From: a virus
DNA length: 64,000 nt
Direction: 5' to 3' (one strand)
IMG/VR virus record: IMGVR_UViG_3300032093_000021
Coordinates: 64,001 to 128,000 of that record
Shown here: one piece after another, positions 1-9,541 of the stretch
Numbering within the stretch: the stretch's first letter is position 1
How the letters are laid out: each line of letters begins with the position of its first letter
The notes under the pieces: model-generated
The model's database searches: none
Seen by the model: only the letters and a program-made list of their open reading frames with translations
Told to the model about the DNA's origin: nothing
Program-made: the position numbers and the translations under genes

Positions 1-628
1 TGTTTATCCTCGCTTGGAAAGATGGTAAAATTACAGTTGGTGTTGGAGTTTGAGTTGGAGTTTGGGTTGGAGTTTCTGTATTAGTTGGAGTATTAGTTGG
101 GGTTTCTGATGCTGTTTGTGTTGGAGTTTCTGTATTAGTGGGTGTTGGTGTTTCAGTATTTGTTGGTGTTTGAGTTGGGGTTTCTGTGTTAGTTGGAGTG
201 GGTGTTTCGGTATTTGTTGGTGTATTGGTTGGTGTTTCGCTTGATGTTTGAGTTGGTGTTCCAGTATTAGTTGGGGTTGGTGTTTCTGTATTTGTAGGTG
301 TGTTTGTTGGAGTTACACTTGATGTTTGAGTTGGTGTTTCAGTATTAGTTGGGGTTTGTGTTGTTGTTTGAGTTGGGGTTACAGTATTTGTAGGGGTTGG
401 AGTGGGGGGCGAAATACAGTCATCAATCAATATCGCCTCACAACCAAATGAATCAATTACTTTTATTAAAACGGCAGGAGAATTAGTGAATGTGGATGAA
501 AGATTTATATTTATTGGTAAAACTATATAGTTACCATAATCTTCGCACACACTTTGATTTACATCACACACAATTACTTGATATGGCGATGTACCGGTGA
601 CACTTAATATTTCAATTGACGCGGGTAT
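1..628 (-). CDS. Pro/Thr-repeat virion-associated protein, 3' end beyond the window (not in the ORF track)
   Basis: Manual translation of the minus strand is open from 628 to the window edge: [28 protein letters not shown]...[25 protein letters not shown]...[13 protein letters not shown]. It begins at ATA with an in-frame TAA two codons upstream. Confidence 0.75.
   Translation of the reverse strand, partial: MPASIEILSVTGTSPYQVIVCDVNQSVCEDYGNYIVLPININLSSTFTNSPAVLIKVIDSFGCEAILIDDCISPPTPTPTNTVTPTQTTTQTPTNTETPTQTSSVTPTNTPTNTETPTPTNTGTPTQTSSETPTNTPTNTETPTPTNTETPTQTPTNTETPTPTNTETPTQTASETPTNTPTNTETPTQTPTQTPTPTVILPSFQARIN
35..410 (-). repeat. Degenerate tandem repeat encoding a TPTNTPT/TPTQT mucin-like linker
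   Basis: Runs of gttgg(a/t/g)gt on the + strand translate to a Pro/Thr low-complexity tract. Confidence 0.9.
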
Positions 629-653
629 ATTTTAAAATTTAAAAATTTATAGT

Positions 654-3600
654 TTATGAAGTACACGGACTACATCCTCCCGCACAATATCCTGTCCTAC
701 AATATTCACTTGATATTGAACTAAAAGTTCCGGGAGAATACGCTGCGAACCCTCTAATACAAATACACTGTCCCGCCGGTACAATATGACTTGCGGATGT
801 TATTGAACTACATAATTTGCCCGTGATTGATTGAGTTCCGAATCCTAGCGCTTGATATGTGATACAAGGTTCAAATTGAAACACCGGTGATTCCGCACTT
901 GTACTTGAAGGACATATCGCCTTAATTTTGAAATCAATTGGGAAATAATCTTTAGGAGTACTATTAACTGCACTTGTAACGTCCACCGTTAGAGGTCCGT
1001 AACTACTTATTGATACAAATGTTGACGAATATGTTGATTGGTAAGATTTTTTGTAATAAACTATCGCATTGGTTACACAACTATTTGAACAAGCTCCAAC
1101 ACTAAATGTCAGTTGGTACTGTCCGGATATAGTTGTTTGAACAGAAGATATGGTTGGTGTACAACAAGCTCCGCCGCATCCCGCAATATTAGTTTGCGAT
1201 GGGGTTATTGATGTGGTAGGTGTCTGTGTTTGTGTTTGAGTTTGCGTTGGTGTAGATGTTTGAGTTGTGGTTTGAGTTGGGGTTTGAGTAGGTGTTGGTG
1301 TTTGAGTTGAGGTTTCAGTCGGTGTCGGAGTGGGAGTTTGACTTGTTGGTGTTTGTGTGGGAGTTTCATTGGGGGTTGGCGTAGGTGTAGGAGTATTACT
1401 TGTAGAAGTCTGAGTTGGCGTATTAGTTGGTGTTTCTGTATTGGTTGGAGTGTTAGTTTGTGTTGGAGTGTTTGTTGGAGTTTCGGTATTAGTAGGTGTG
1501 TTTGTTGGAGTTTGAGTGTTGGTGGGTGTATTAGTTGGAGTTGGTGTTGGTTCCACACAACATATATCATAATCAATTTCCAAACTAACTTTTATATTTT
1601 TGTTAGACAATAAATAGGAACAATCAGAACTTACTTTGATGGTATTGTTGGTCACATCTATTATAACAGAACCAATACCCGTAATTCCTTCTAATACACT
1701 CTTCAATCCATTGATATAATCTTGATCCGAAGGATAAGACAATAAACTTGTAGTTGTGAATAAATTTTTAGTATAAGCAGTTCCAGCAACATCAACCTCT
1801 AAATAAAATACCGCACTATTTAGTTTACAATTAGTTTCACCTGAAATCAGATCAAGATAACCTTGATTTAACATTTCAAACATCCCATTTTTTGTTGCGG
1901 CAGTTTGGGTGAAAATACCATCACATACTTCGTATGTTTGATAAGAAAAATATTTTTTTTGACAAACAACGTTGGTATTTTTAGTTGTTGAACAATTATT
2001 TGAATCTGTTAATTTTAAAGAGTATGTTCCAGCAGTTAAACCTGTCACATATATACCGGTTTGTCCATTAACGTTTGAAGACCATTGAAATGTGTATGGT
2101 GGAACTCCTGATGTAATAAGAGATGTGATAGTTCCTTCTGAACCAGAACCACAACCCGTGGATAATAATGTAAAATCAACTGATTGAGTAGTTTTGACTT
2201 GAATGACATTTTTTTGAGAACATCCTGTAGAATCCTTGACTTCTAAGTTATAAATTCCTGCCGTTAATGCATTGAAGGAATGAGTAGTGTTTGATGTATT
2301 TAAGAATGTCAATCCATTCAAGTAATATGAGTAAATTCCTGGTGTATCTACATTTATAGTAACACTTCCGTTAGATAACCCACATGAAGCATCTGAAACA
2401 GAAGTAGATATATTAAATTTATTTGTATTGGTTATTGTAAAGGTGTTTTGGTAAATACAAGCGCTAGGATTAGTGATTTTTATTGTATATACACCTGTAC
2501 TAAGATTAGTAAATGTTCTTGAAATGGAATTAGTTGTGACAGATTGGGTGTTACCTGATGAATCAGTCAGTTGGTATGTATAAGGCGTTAATCCGCCAAG
2601 TAAAGTTATATTAACACTTCCGTCATTACTATTACAAGTTGATCCGCTTGGTGTTAAGTTCACAACACTAAAAGCATCAATTGTGGATAAGCTAGTTGTA
2701 CCAGTAACACTACACAAACCCGCATCAACAACCACAACTGTATAACTTCCTTGTCCTAAATTACTAAATGCTACAGATTGTGAGTAAGTTATATCGTAAG
2801 CACCATTTGAAAGTGAATAATAATAAGGTCCGGTCCCCCCGCTTATATTAACAATTATTTGACCATCTGATTGAAAGCAACCAGGTGATGTAGTTATGTA
2901 ATTGATGATTGATAATGGATTAACACTGCCAACAACAGTTGACTTTGTTTTCACACATCCTTGAGAATCTGTTATCGTAACGTCATAAACGCCCGGTGTC
3001 AATCCTGATATAGATGGTGTTGTCTGTAGATTAGACCACAAGTAACTATAAGGTGGAGTCCCTGTCTGACCGGTAACATAAATTCTTCCTGTTGGGCTGC
3101 CAGCACAAAATGAATTATTAACAACGAAGAACCCAAAATCAAGTTCATCAGATCCTTGAACAATGCAAGACGAAGTTGTTCCTGAACACCCCCCCTGATC
3201 AAATACATTAACATAATACGTATCGGCGGAAAGATTTGTAAAATAATAATAACCAATTACTGAAGATGCCGAAGTGATATAACCATTACTTAAACTATAA
3301 AGATAGTAATTAGCATTTGAACTTGTTGTGGTTGCCGTAACTCCGAGTTGTCCATTGTTCAAACCACAACTTGTATCAATTGATTCAGTATTTAAACAAA
3401 CTCCTGACGATATTGATAAGGAAACATATTGTGTGTTGGGGGATCCAGGTGTGGTAGAATCTGTAATAAGAACTAAATAAGTACCGGCCGATAAGTTTTG
3501 TCTTAATGAAGTCGTAACAGGAGCATCAATACCCAAATTTGGAATTTGCCAATCAATAATATATGGTGACACCCCTGATGTTGGAGTCAAACTCAAGGCC

Positions 3601-3656
3601 CCAACATTTAGATTCTGACAATCTCCAGTAACCGAACTATTAAATAAAATACTCAT
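654..3656 (-). CDS. SprB-repeat adhesin-like virion protein with a Pro/Thr linker and Cys-rich C-terminus
   Basis: Repeated C..S.G.I.V..(S/T)GG.PPY.Y.WS....L..G.Y.V.ITD..GC units typical of SprB repeats, followed by a ~120 aa PT tract and a Cys-rich end. Confidence 0.75.
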   Translation of the reverse strand: MSILFNSSVTGDCQNLNVGALSLTPTSGVSPYIIDWQIPNLGIDAPVTTSLRQNLSAGTYLVLITDSTTPGSPNTQYVSLSISSGVCLNTESIDTSCGLNNGQLGVTATTTSSNANYYLYSLSNGYITSASSVIGYYYFTNLSADTYYVNVFDQGGCSGTTSSCIVQGSDELDFGFFVVNNSFCAGSPTGRIYVTGQTGTPPYSYLWSNLQTTPSISGLTPGVYDVTITDSQGCVKTKSTVVGSVNPLSIINYITTSPGCFQSDGQIIVNISGGTGPYYYSLSNGAYDITYSQSVAFSNLGQGSYTVVVVDAGLCSVTGTTSLSTIDAFSVVNLTPSGSTCNSNDGSVNITLLGGLTPYTYQLTDSSGNTQSVTTNSISRTFTNLSTGVYTIKITNPSACIYQNTFTITNTNKFNISTSVSDASCGLSNGSVTINVDTPGIYSYYLNGLTFLNTSNTTHSFNALTAGIYNLEVKDSTGCSQKNVIQVKTTQSVDFTLLSTGCGSGSEGTITSLITSGVPPYTFQWSSNVNGQTGIYVTGLTAGTYSLKLTDSNNCSTTKNTNVVCQKKYFSYQTYEVCDGIFTQTAATKNGMFEMLNQGYLDLISGETNCKLNSAVFYLEVDVAGTAYTKNLFTTTSLLSYPSDQDYINGLKSVLEGITGIGSVIIDVTNNTIKVSSDCSYLLSNKNIKVSLEIDYDICCVEPTPTPTNTPTNTQTPTNTPTNTETPTNTPTQTNTPTNTETPTNTPTQTSTSNTPTPTPTPNETPTQTPTSQTPTPTPTETSTQTPTPTQTPTQTTTQTSTPTQTQTQTQTPTTSITPSQTNIAGCGGACCTPTISSVQTTISGQYQLTFSVGACSNSCVTNAIVYYKKSYQSTYSSTFVSISSYGPLTVDVTSAVNSTPKDYFPIDFKIKAICPSSTSAESPVFQFEPCITYQALGFGTQSITGKLCSSITSASHIVPAGQCICIRGFAAYSPGTFSSISSEYCRTGYCAGGCSPCTS
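1180..1552 (-). repeat. Pro/Thr/Gln low-complexity tandem repeat within the SprB-repeat protein
   Basis: [26 protein letters not shown]... in the translation. Confidence 0.9.
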
Positions 3657-6601
3657 TAATTACAACTTATTGAAAAATCAATCCCTATGTTTATAGTAAG
3701 ATTTTTATTATTCAGGTAACTATCACAACCCGAATTATAAATATATAAAGTATTTCCACTAATTGAATAATATAAACCTTGTTGAATCAATTGAGGTAAA
3801 TAACTATCCAAAGAATTTTTCCAAATTTGATTATTTGGGACATCTAAATTACCTTCACCAACATAAAATAATTCATTTATCAAATTTTGCCCATCAAGTT
3901 TTAGATTCAAATACCAATTTGTCTTCAATGTGTTCAAGCTACAAACCAAAGAATTTGTAGATTGGTAATTGTTGACTATGTCACTTAAAATCACATTAAA
4001 CGGTTGTGTGGGATAAACACTACAACTAACACTTTCATCAAAACAATTATAATCATATAAAGAAGTAATGAAGAAACACGGATCACAAGGTACAGGTATA
4101 ATCGGACATCCTCTCTGCAATCTATAAACAAACTTTTGTCTATGGAATATTGAGTTTTCAAACTTCATTCCGGTCATCCAAATAGTTGTTGCCGGAATCA
4201 TTTGTTCTACCAACCTAACCCAATAGTCACCGAGACCATTCACATAATCAATCATTGTTTTATATGTGAAATTATCATTCGGAATATTGACAGTTTGTAA
4301 TGATTCCAAGTATCTGAAATAAATTGATTGTAAAGTCGGATACCCCCCTGTTTTTCCGTCAGAAATGAATTGTCTATTTCTAACATTAATCATATTCAAC
4401 CAAAAAGTTTGAGCAAACTCAAAGAAAGATCTTCTTTGTGGTTGTGGATTTATAACTGTCCAATCCACACCGTCAGGTTTAGGATATGGCGATGTCAATC
4501 CGGTACTTGGTATTGGATAATCGTATTTGTTAGACATTGCCCACACATCATAAACCAATCCTTGTCCGGGATTCATGAATATATCAACGTTTTTAACGTT
4601 TAAGATATATTTTTCATTTTCAACATAGTAGTAAGCATCAAACTTTACTGAAGAATTCCCTACTCTCAAATCTGTGTCAGATGATGGCCAACTTTTTTTA
4701 TTATCTTGAGTTTTGATTAACTTGAAACCTTCAGATATGAATGGAAAACTCCTAAATCTATCCAAATATTTTTGCCCGTATGAGAATGGTTCAAAACTTG
4801 TTTGTACATCAGTGTTCTGACCTGTAAAGGTACTAGCGGTTGCATTCACTTGTTGTGAACTTTGGTGTTCTTTTGTTAACTCAAACCAACCGGCCCCTTT
4901 TTGAAAATAAAAATCCTCAGTATCTATCGGTGCCTTTGGGTAACCATCATCATCAACAGGAAATTGGTCCCTATCCAAACTTACCGCGAGATATGTTTCA
5001 TCTATTGTGAATGCAGTATACACATTCCCATATATTGTAAAAGTAGAATTTGGTCCTGTTAAAAAGTTTGGTGTTTCCCTCACAAAAATACCATCTGAAA
5101 TGTCAAGATATTTGGAGTCAAAGTCCTTCATATTGATCCTTTGCCCCGCTATATAGATATATTCATTGAACTCAACTAAAGCCTCAGGTGCTCCTACTAA
5201 TCTGAGTAAGAATTCTATTGATTTTCTTGTTCCTTTTGATTTGAATAGATATGCGGAATTTAATATCAAGTTACGATAAAATTGATAATTAAGCTCAGTT
5301 GGAGTTAACGCTCTTGAAAATCCAGGATATTCTATTTTATTTGTATTACCAAATACTGATGATAGAAAATCATCACTAGATATTGGTGAAACATTTATTT
5401 TCCATCCTAAAGTTTCCGATAAGTTTTTTAGTAATAGTGATGGTATATCATTCTTAATAGTATAATTCACAGAATTCATATGAGCTAAAGCGTCAATGAA
5501 TTTTTTCGTTTCATCAAAACTTCTACCGTATAAATCTAATATTTTTTGGACTTTTCTATCCGGAGTATCAAATTCTTTAAATGATTCCGTTGTTAAAAAC
5601 CTTGATACTAAATTAGTTTTGAAAGTATCAAATAGTTCCGAAATTTCATTCAAATTTGTCAAATAAAACTCAAAACTTGGTGATTTAATATCTAAGTTCC
5701 AAACACCATCCAAAGGCCATGTTACATTCTTTACTTCCGTAACTATTTCACCTTCATTAGTTTCAAAAGGGACCTTAAAACTAGCAGTATATTTGGGAGT
5801 TACAAGCCTGTTCAGTAAAAATTGTTCTACCTCGTCAAAATTTTCAATAAAGGATCTATCAGCAAAAAAATCATTAGGCCTGATTATCAAATCATCAGTG
5901 GAATTTTTTTGATTAGGAAATGGATTACCTTCAACAATAAAAGTTACATAACCATAAAACAAACTTTCCGATGGCTCCATGAAAAGAACATTATATTCGC
6001 CATCACCTACATATAGTGAATATTTTTCAAAATTAACTGTCAGATCACGGAGAGGGCTGACTGTTATTTCTCTTGCCAATAAATTCCTTGTAGAATTAAC
6101 TGAAAAATCAACACCAAAAGGATTTATTATTTCATCAACCTGTAACTGAAAGGTTGTTGTATTTTCCAAAAAATCAAACTCAATATTTACCGCAGTATAT
6201 CCGGTTGTGAAATTAGGTTTTAAATTATAACTTTCTATTGATGCCGGAAAAAAATTGATGATTTTTTGGACTGAAGAAGAAATTCTTTTGGATAAAGATC
6301 CGTAAAGGTTAAATTTTGTTATTTCACTTAAATCAAAATTTGGAAACACCCTAAACTCTTTCGCCGCAATCTCTCTAGACTGATTGACTGTGAGAACATT
6401 CAACGAATCCAAAGTAATTGGTTCAGAAAATAAACCTATGTTAAAATTCCTATTGGATTTTTCAGTTATATTTGTGGTAAATTCAAAGTTTCCTTGAGTT
6501 AATCCACCCCCTTGCACTATTTGTAACCCGACTATATTGTCGGAAAATGTGCCAGCACCGCTTGATGGTCTTGGAGGATATCTAAAAAACTTTCTAGCCA
6601 T
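3656..6601 (-). CDS. Baseplate wedge protein (T4 gp7 / P2 gpI-like domain)
   Basis: IPSLLLKNLSETLGW...LFKSKGTRKSIEFLLRLVG resembles the gpI/gp7 wedge signature; lies in the baseplate cluster. Confidence 0.6.
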   Translation of the reverse strand: MARKFFRYPPRPSSGAGTFSDNIVGLQIVQGGGLTQGNFEFTTNITEKSNRNFNIGLFSEPITLDSLNVLTVNQSREIAAKEFRVFPNFDLSEITKFNLYGSLSKRISSSVQKIINFFPASIESYNLKPNFTTGYTAVNIEFDFLENTTTFQLQVDEIINPFGVDFSVNSTRNLLAREITVSPLRDLTVNFEKYSLYVGDGEYNVLFMEPSESLFYGYVTFIVEGNPFPNQKNSTDDLIIRPNDFFADRSFIENFDEVEQFLLNRLVTPKYTASFKVPFETNEGEIVTEVKNVTWPLDGVWNLDIKSPSFEFYLTNLNEISELFDTFKTNLVSRFLTTESFKEFDTPDRKVQKILDLYGRSFDETKKFIDALAHMNSVNYTIKNDIPSLLLKNLSETLGWKINVSPISSDDFLSSVFGNTNKIEYPGFSRALTPTELNYQFYRNLILNSAYLFKSKGTRKSIEFLLRLVGAPEALVEFNEYIYIAGQRINMKDFDSKYLDISDGIFVRETPNFLTGPNSTFTIYGNVYTAFTIDETYLAVSLDRDQFPVDDDGYPKAPIDTEDFYFQKGAGWFELTKEHQSSQQVNATASTFTGQNTDVQTSFEPFSYGQKYLDRFRSFPFISEGFKLIKTQDNKKSWPSSDTDLRVGNSSVKFDAYYYVENEKYILNVKNVDIFMNPGQGLVYDVWAMSNKYDYPIPSTGLTSPYPKPDGVDWTVINPQPQRRSFFEFAQTFWLNMINVRNRQFISDGKTGGYPTLQSIYFRYLESLQTVNIPNDNFTYKTMIDYVNGLGDYWVRLVEQMIPATTIWMTGMKFENSIFHRQKFVYRLQRGCPIIPVPCDPCFFITSLYDYNCFDESVSCSVYPTQPFNVILSDIVNNYQSTNSLVCSLNTLKTNWYLNLKLDGQNLINELFYVGEGNLDVPNNQIWKNSLDSYLPQLIQQGLYYSISGNTLYIYNSGCDSYLNNKNLTINIGIDFSISCN

Positions 6602-7509
6602 TATTGAGTTATAGTTGTAAAGTTTTTACTAAAATCAATGTTATTACCTCTATCTTGTCTAACCTCATATAGTAACTCGTTGAAGTTGTTTCTAATCTCA
6701 TAAAGATTGTATTGTTTATATATGTTGTTATCAGAGTCATAGATAGTATATATACCGTCGTCAATTGACTTGGTTTGATTACCATAAAGCGCGATTGACA
6801 ATGTTGAAATATCTTGGTCAACTAATTCTATATCCATGGTTATTGGATTAAAGAATGTATTTGTTATAATTATATTTTGGTTTGGTTGACCAATGAAGGG
6901 AGTCGCATTAGGTTTGTTTGTTGGTGAAGACGAAGGTGATAAAGTTAAAAACATTAAATTAGTTGTACCATCAACATATCTATATCTAACCGCTTTTTGT
7001 GATGTATTTGTTAAGTTTTGTATCACCGGCTCACAAAAAAAGTTTGATGTTACTATTCTGAAGAAATTAGGTATTTTAGTTCCATCATCATTAAGATACT
7101 CAATCCTGAACCCAACTAATCCTTGAGCCACAAATTTATTTCTGAATTGACTTGGGACATTGTCCAAATTGATAACCAAACCTTTTACATTTGGAAGTGC
7201 CGATAACACACCACAATCCGTTATACTTGTTCTGATTTGTGCGGGTCTTATGTATAAAGTGTAGATCCCTAACCTATTGAACTCTTCTGAAGGTAATCTG
7301 AGATTATAAAGACCACCCAATATTTCAATGTCAGGATTTCCTCCGGTGTTAATATTATTGAAATATGGTCTTAATATGTTTGTTGCATTTAATCTTTTCA
7401 AAACAAAATCGTCCGTAACATCCCTTGAAGGTGTATAATTTAATATTATTTCAACATCCTCAGGAGAAACGTCCGCCGGTCTTATTGTTCCATATGTGCC
7501 TACAGCCAT
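6601..7509 (-). CDS. Conserved-looking hypothetical virion structural protein
   Basis: 302 aa ORF in the structural operon, preceded by the TATTTATA motif. Confidence 0.55.
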   Translation of the reverse strand: MAVGTYGTIRPADVSPEDVEIILNYTPSRDVTDDFVLKRLNATNILRPYFNNINTGGNPDIEILGGLYNLRLPSEEFNRLGIYTLYIRPAQIRTSITDCGVLSALPNVKGLVINLDNVPSQFRNKFVAQGLVGFRIEYLNDDGTKIPNFFRIVTSNFFCEPVIQNLTNTSQKAVRYRYVDGTTNLMFLTLSPSSSPTNKPNATPFIGQPNQNIIITNTFFNPITMDIELVDQDISTLSIALYGNQTKSIDDGIYTIYDSDNNIYKQYNLYEIRNNFNELLYEVRQDRGNNIDFSKNFTTITQ

Positions 7510-7544
7510 AAATTAATTTTTATATAAATAGTTTATATTTTTTT

Positions 7545-8723
7545 TTATTGAGTTCGTAAATCAAAGAATCCATACCCATAATTTTGCAAGTCCCCGATAT
7601 TATCAACTTCACCTAACCTTTCAACTCTCTCCAAAGCACTATTCTTACCTCTTTCTATAAAAATATCGGATTGTATTTGTGGATCAGAAATTACGTTTAA
7701 CAAAGCTTCATTTTTAGTCATAGCTGATTGAACCATCCAATTAGAGGTTAAACCACTACTATTGATAGTATATATTGTCGTTGAGTTATCAAAATCAATA
7801 TAATTGACACCTTGTATTGTATAAGCAGTAAATGAGGATGGTTGAGTTATATCTGATGTAATAACACCCCAACAATTATCCCCATCTTTTCTCACACAAA
7901 TCCCAGTCTTAAATGGATTCTTACCATATTGTCTAAGTTCCTCAATTCTTGATTTTGTTATTCCACTAACAATTATTGGTAATGTAGTGTAATTATCAGA
8001 AGTCTGTTCACTTATCAAATTCACCGAATCACCTGAAAATATAAAATCATAAGAAACCGGTGTTGCTGACCAAGACCCTATGTTTGGTGTAAAAAAGGCC
8101 TCTCCCTTAGGATCGTCAATCACCATTTTTTTATAAGGAACGACCACACTTTTACTTATTGTATTGGTTCCCCAAGGTGTTTTTTGAATTAATGTTATCT
8201 TATATTGTTTCGGAACATTTGATGGATAAGTGTGTGATACAAAATTAGGAGCAAAGTTAGTTATTGTTTGTTTTGGTGACCCATCACCCCAATCTACCTG
8301 ATAAGATGACAAAGCCAAAAAGTTTTTTAAATTCTTTTCAGAAGTGTTATAAATGTTATATGTGTAGGGTGTATTTGTTTTAGATGTGAAAATAAAATTA
8401 GTAACCACATCTTTTTGTATTATAGCCCCATCAAACACTGAATAAACACCCATATCTACATTATTTTGTCTAAACAAAATAGGTATAGTTAAACCAGTTA
8501 ATATGGACGATCCATTGGTTCCTCCGCTTAGAATATCGGTCATAGCACTATATACAGTTGTGATTCCTGTGTTTGCGCCAATACCTTCAGGTATAACAGT
8601 AATAAAACAACAATTACCGGTTATTGCAGTAATAACGTAGGTTGACGAAGTGTATGGTACACTAACTAAATCACTTAGTATATTTTCAGGCGAAATTTTT
8701 ATATAGTATTTATCTTCAGTCAT
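7545..8723 (-). CDS. PKD-like domain structural protein
   Basis: YQVDWGDGSP...VSHTYP...YKITL is the PKD (WDFGDG-type) signature. Confidence 0.6.
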   Translation of the reverse strand: MTEDKYYIKISPENILSDLVSVPYTSSTYVITAITGNCCFITVIPEGIGANTGITTVYSAMTDILSGGTNGSSILTGLTIPILFRQNNVDMGVYSVFDGAIIQKDVVTNFIFTSKTNTPYTYNIYNTSEKNLKNFLALSSYQVDWGDGSPKQTITNFAPNFVSHTYPSNVPKQYKITLIQKTPWGTNTISKSVVVPYKKMVIDDPKGEAFFTPNIGSWSATPVSYDFIFSGDSVNLISEQTSDNYTTLPIIVSGITKSRIEELRQYGKNPFKTGICVRKDGDNCWGVITSDITQPSSFTAYTIQGVNYIDFDNSTTIYTINSSGLTSNWMVQSAMTKNEALLNVISDPQIQSDIFIERGKNSALERVERLGEVDNIGDLQNYGYGFFDLRTQ

Positions 8724-9541
8724 TATGGATTGACATATTCATACCATTTTATGGAGTTCCCACTACCACCTACATTCAAGTTCGTTTGAGTGTCATACAC
8801 TTTATAAGTGTAATCTGAGTAATCTAATTCAACTCTATAATAGAAATAGTTTTCAGGCTTGAAATTAAAATAATTTGTCCCCCCAATCTGAGTTTGTTTC
8901 CTATTCATCATCTTTATGTAAATTCCTGATTTAGCATCAAAGAATTTTGCCGACATATAAAAAGTTTTAAGATTCAAAAAATCTCTTCTTTTTAACCAAT
9001 AAATAAAAAATCCTTCTTTATCACCAACATAATCTAATTTGAATATTGGTCTTTTAATTTTCACGTTTTTAAGTGAACCTATATTTGTAGTCAAGGTGGA
9101 TCCTTGTTGCGTTGGAATTATTATTGTAAAATAATTTGTTTGCCCGCTTTGTAGTGGACTATCATAGAAATCTAACTTAAAAAAAGATTTTTTGAAAGGA
9201 TTGGCAAAGTAATATATTTCTCTTTCCGGAAATCCTTGAACTCTGTAATCCGCCTCCCATACGGCATTTGCAATACTTGGAGCCGTAACTGCAGTACTGA
9301 CAAAATAAAATTCATAATTGATATCAGTCAAATTTGCATTTACAGGATTTGTTTTGTTTGAATGTGCAAATCTAGTCACTTCAAAATCTTTGTCAAGATT
9401 CAGAACATCTCTGCTTGTTTTCTCTTGGAAAGTATCCAAATCCATACCTCTATCAAGAAAATCCCATTTCATTTCAATTGGGATATTGACACCCTTTTCT
9501 TGGACTTCAGAAAACAACAATTTATATTTATTCACACTCAT
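8723..9541 (-). CDS. Hypothetical structural protein
   Basis: Long ORF overlapping its neighbours in the baseplate operon; ATG at 9541. Confidence 0.55.
   Translation of the reverse strand: MSVNKYKLLFSEVQEKGVNIPIEMKWDFLDRGMDLDTFQEKTSRDVLNLDKDFEVTRFAHSNKTNPVNANLTDINYEFYFVSTAVTAPSIANAVWEADYRVQGFPEREIYYFANPFKKSFFKLDFYDSPLQSGQTNYFTIIIPTQQGSTLTTNIGSLKNVKIKRPIFKLDYVGDKEGFFIYWLKRRDFLNLKTFYMSAKFFDAKSGIYIKMMNRKQTQIGGTNYFNFKPENYFYYRVELDYSDYTYKVYDTQTNLNVGGSGNSIKWYEYVNP

Noticed and set aside
1-1560. GTTGG-rich repeats as a CRISPR array or telomere-like repeat
   Set aside because: There is no constant repeat with unique spacers; the periodicity is codon-based and encodes Pro/Thr tracts in open frames.
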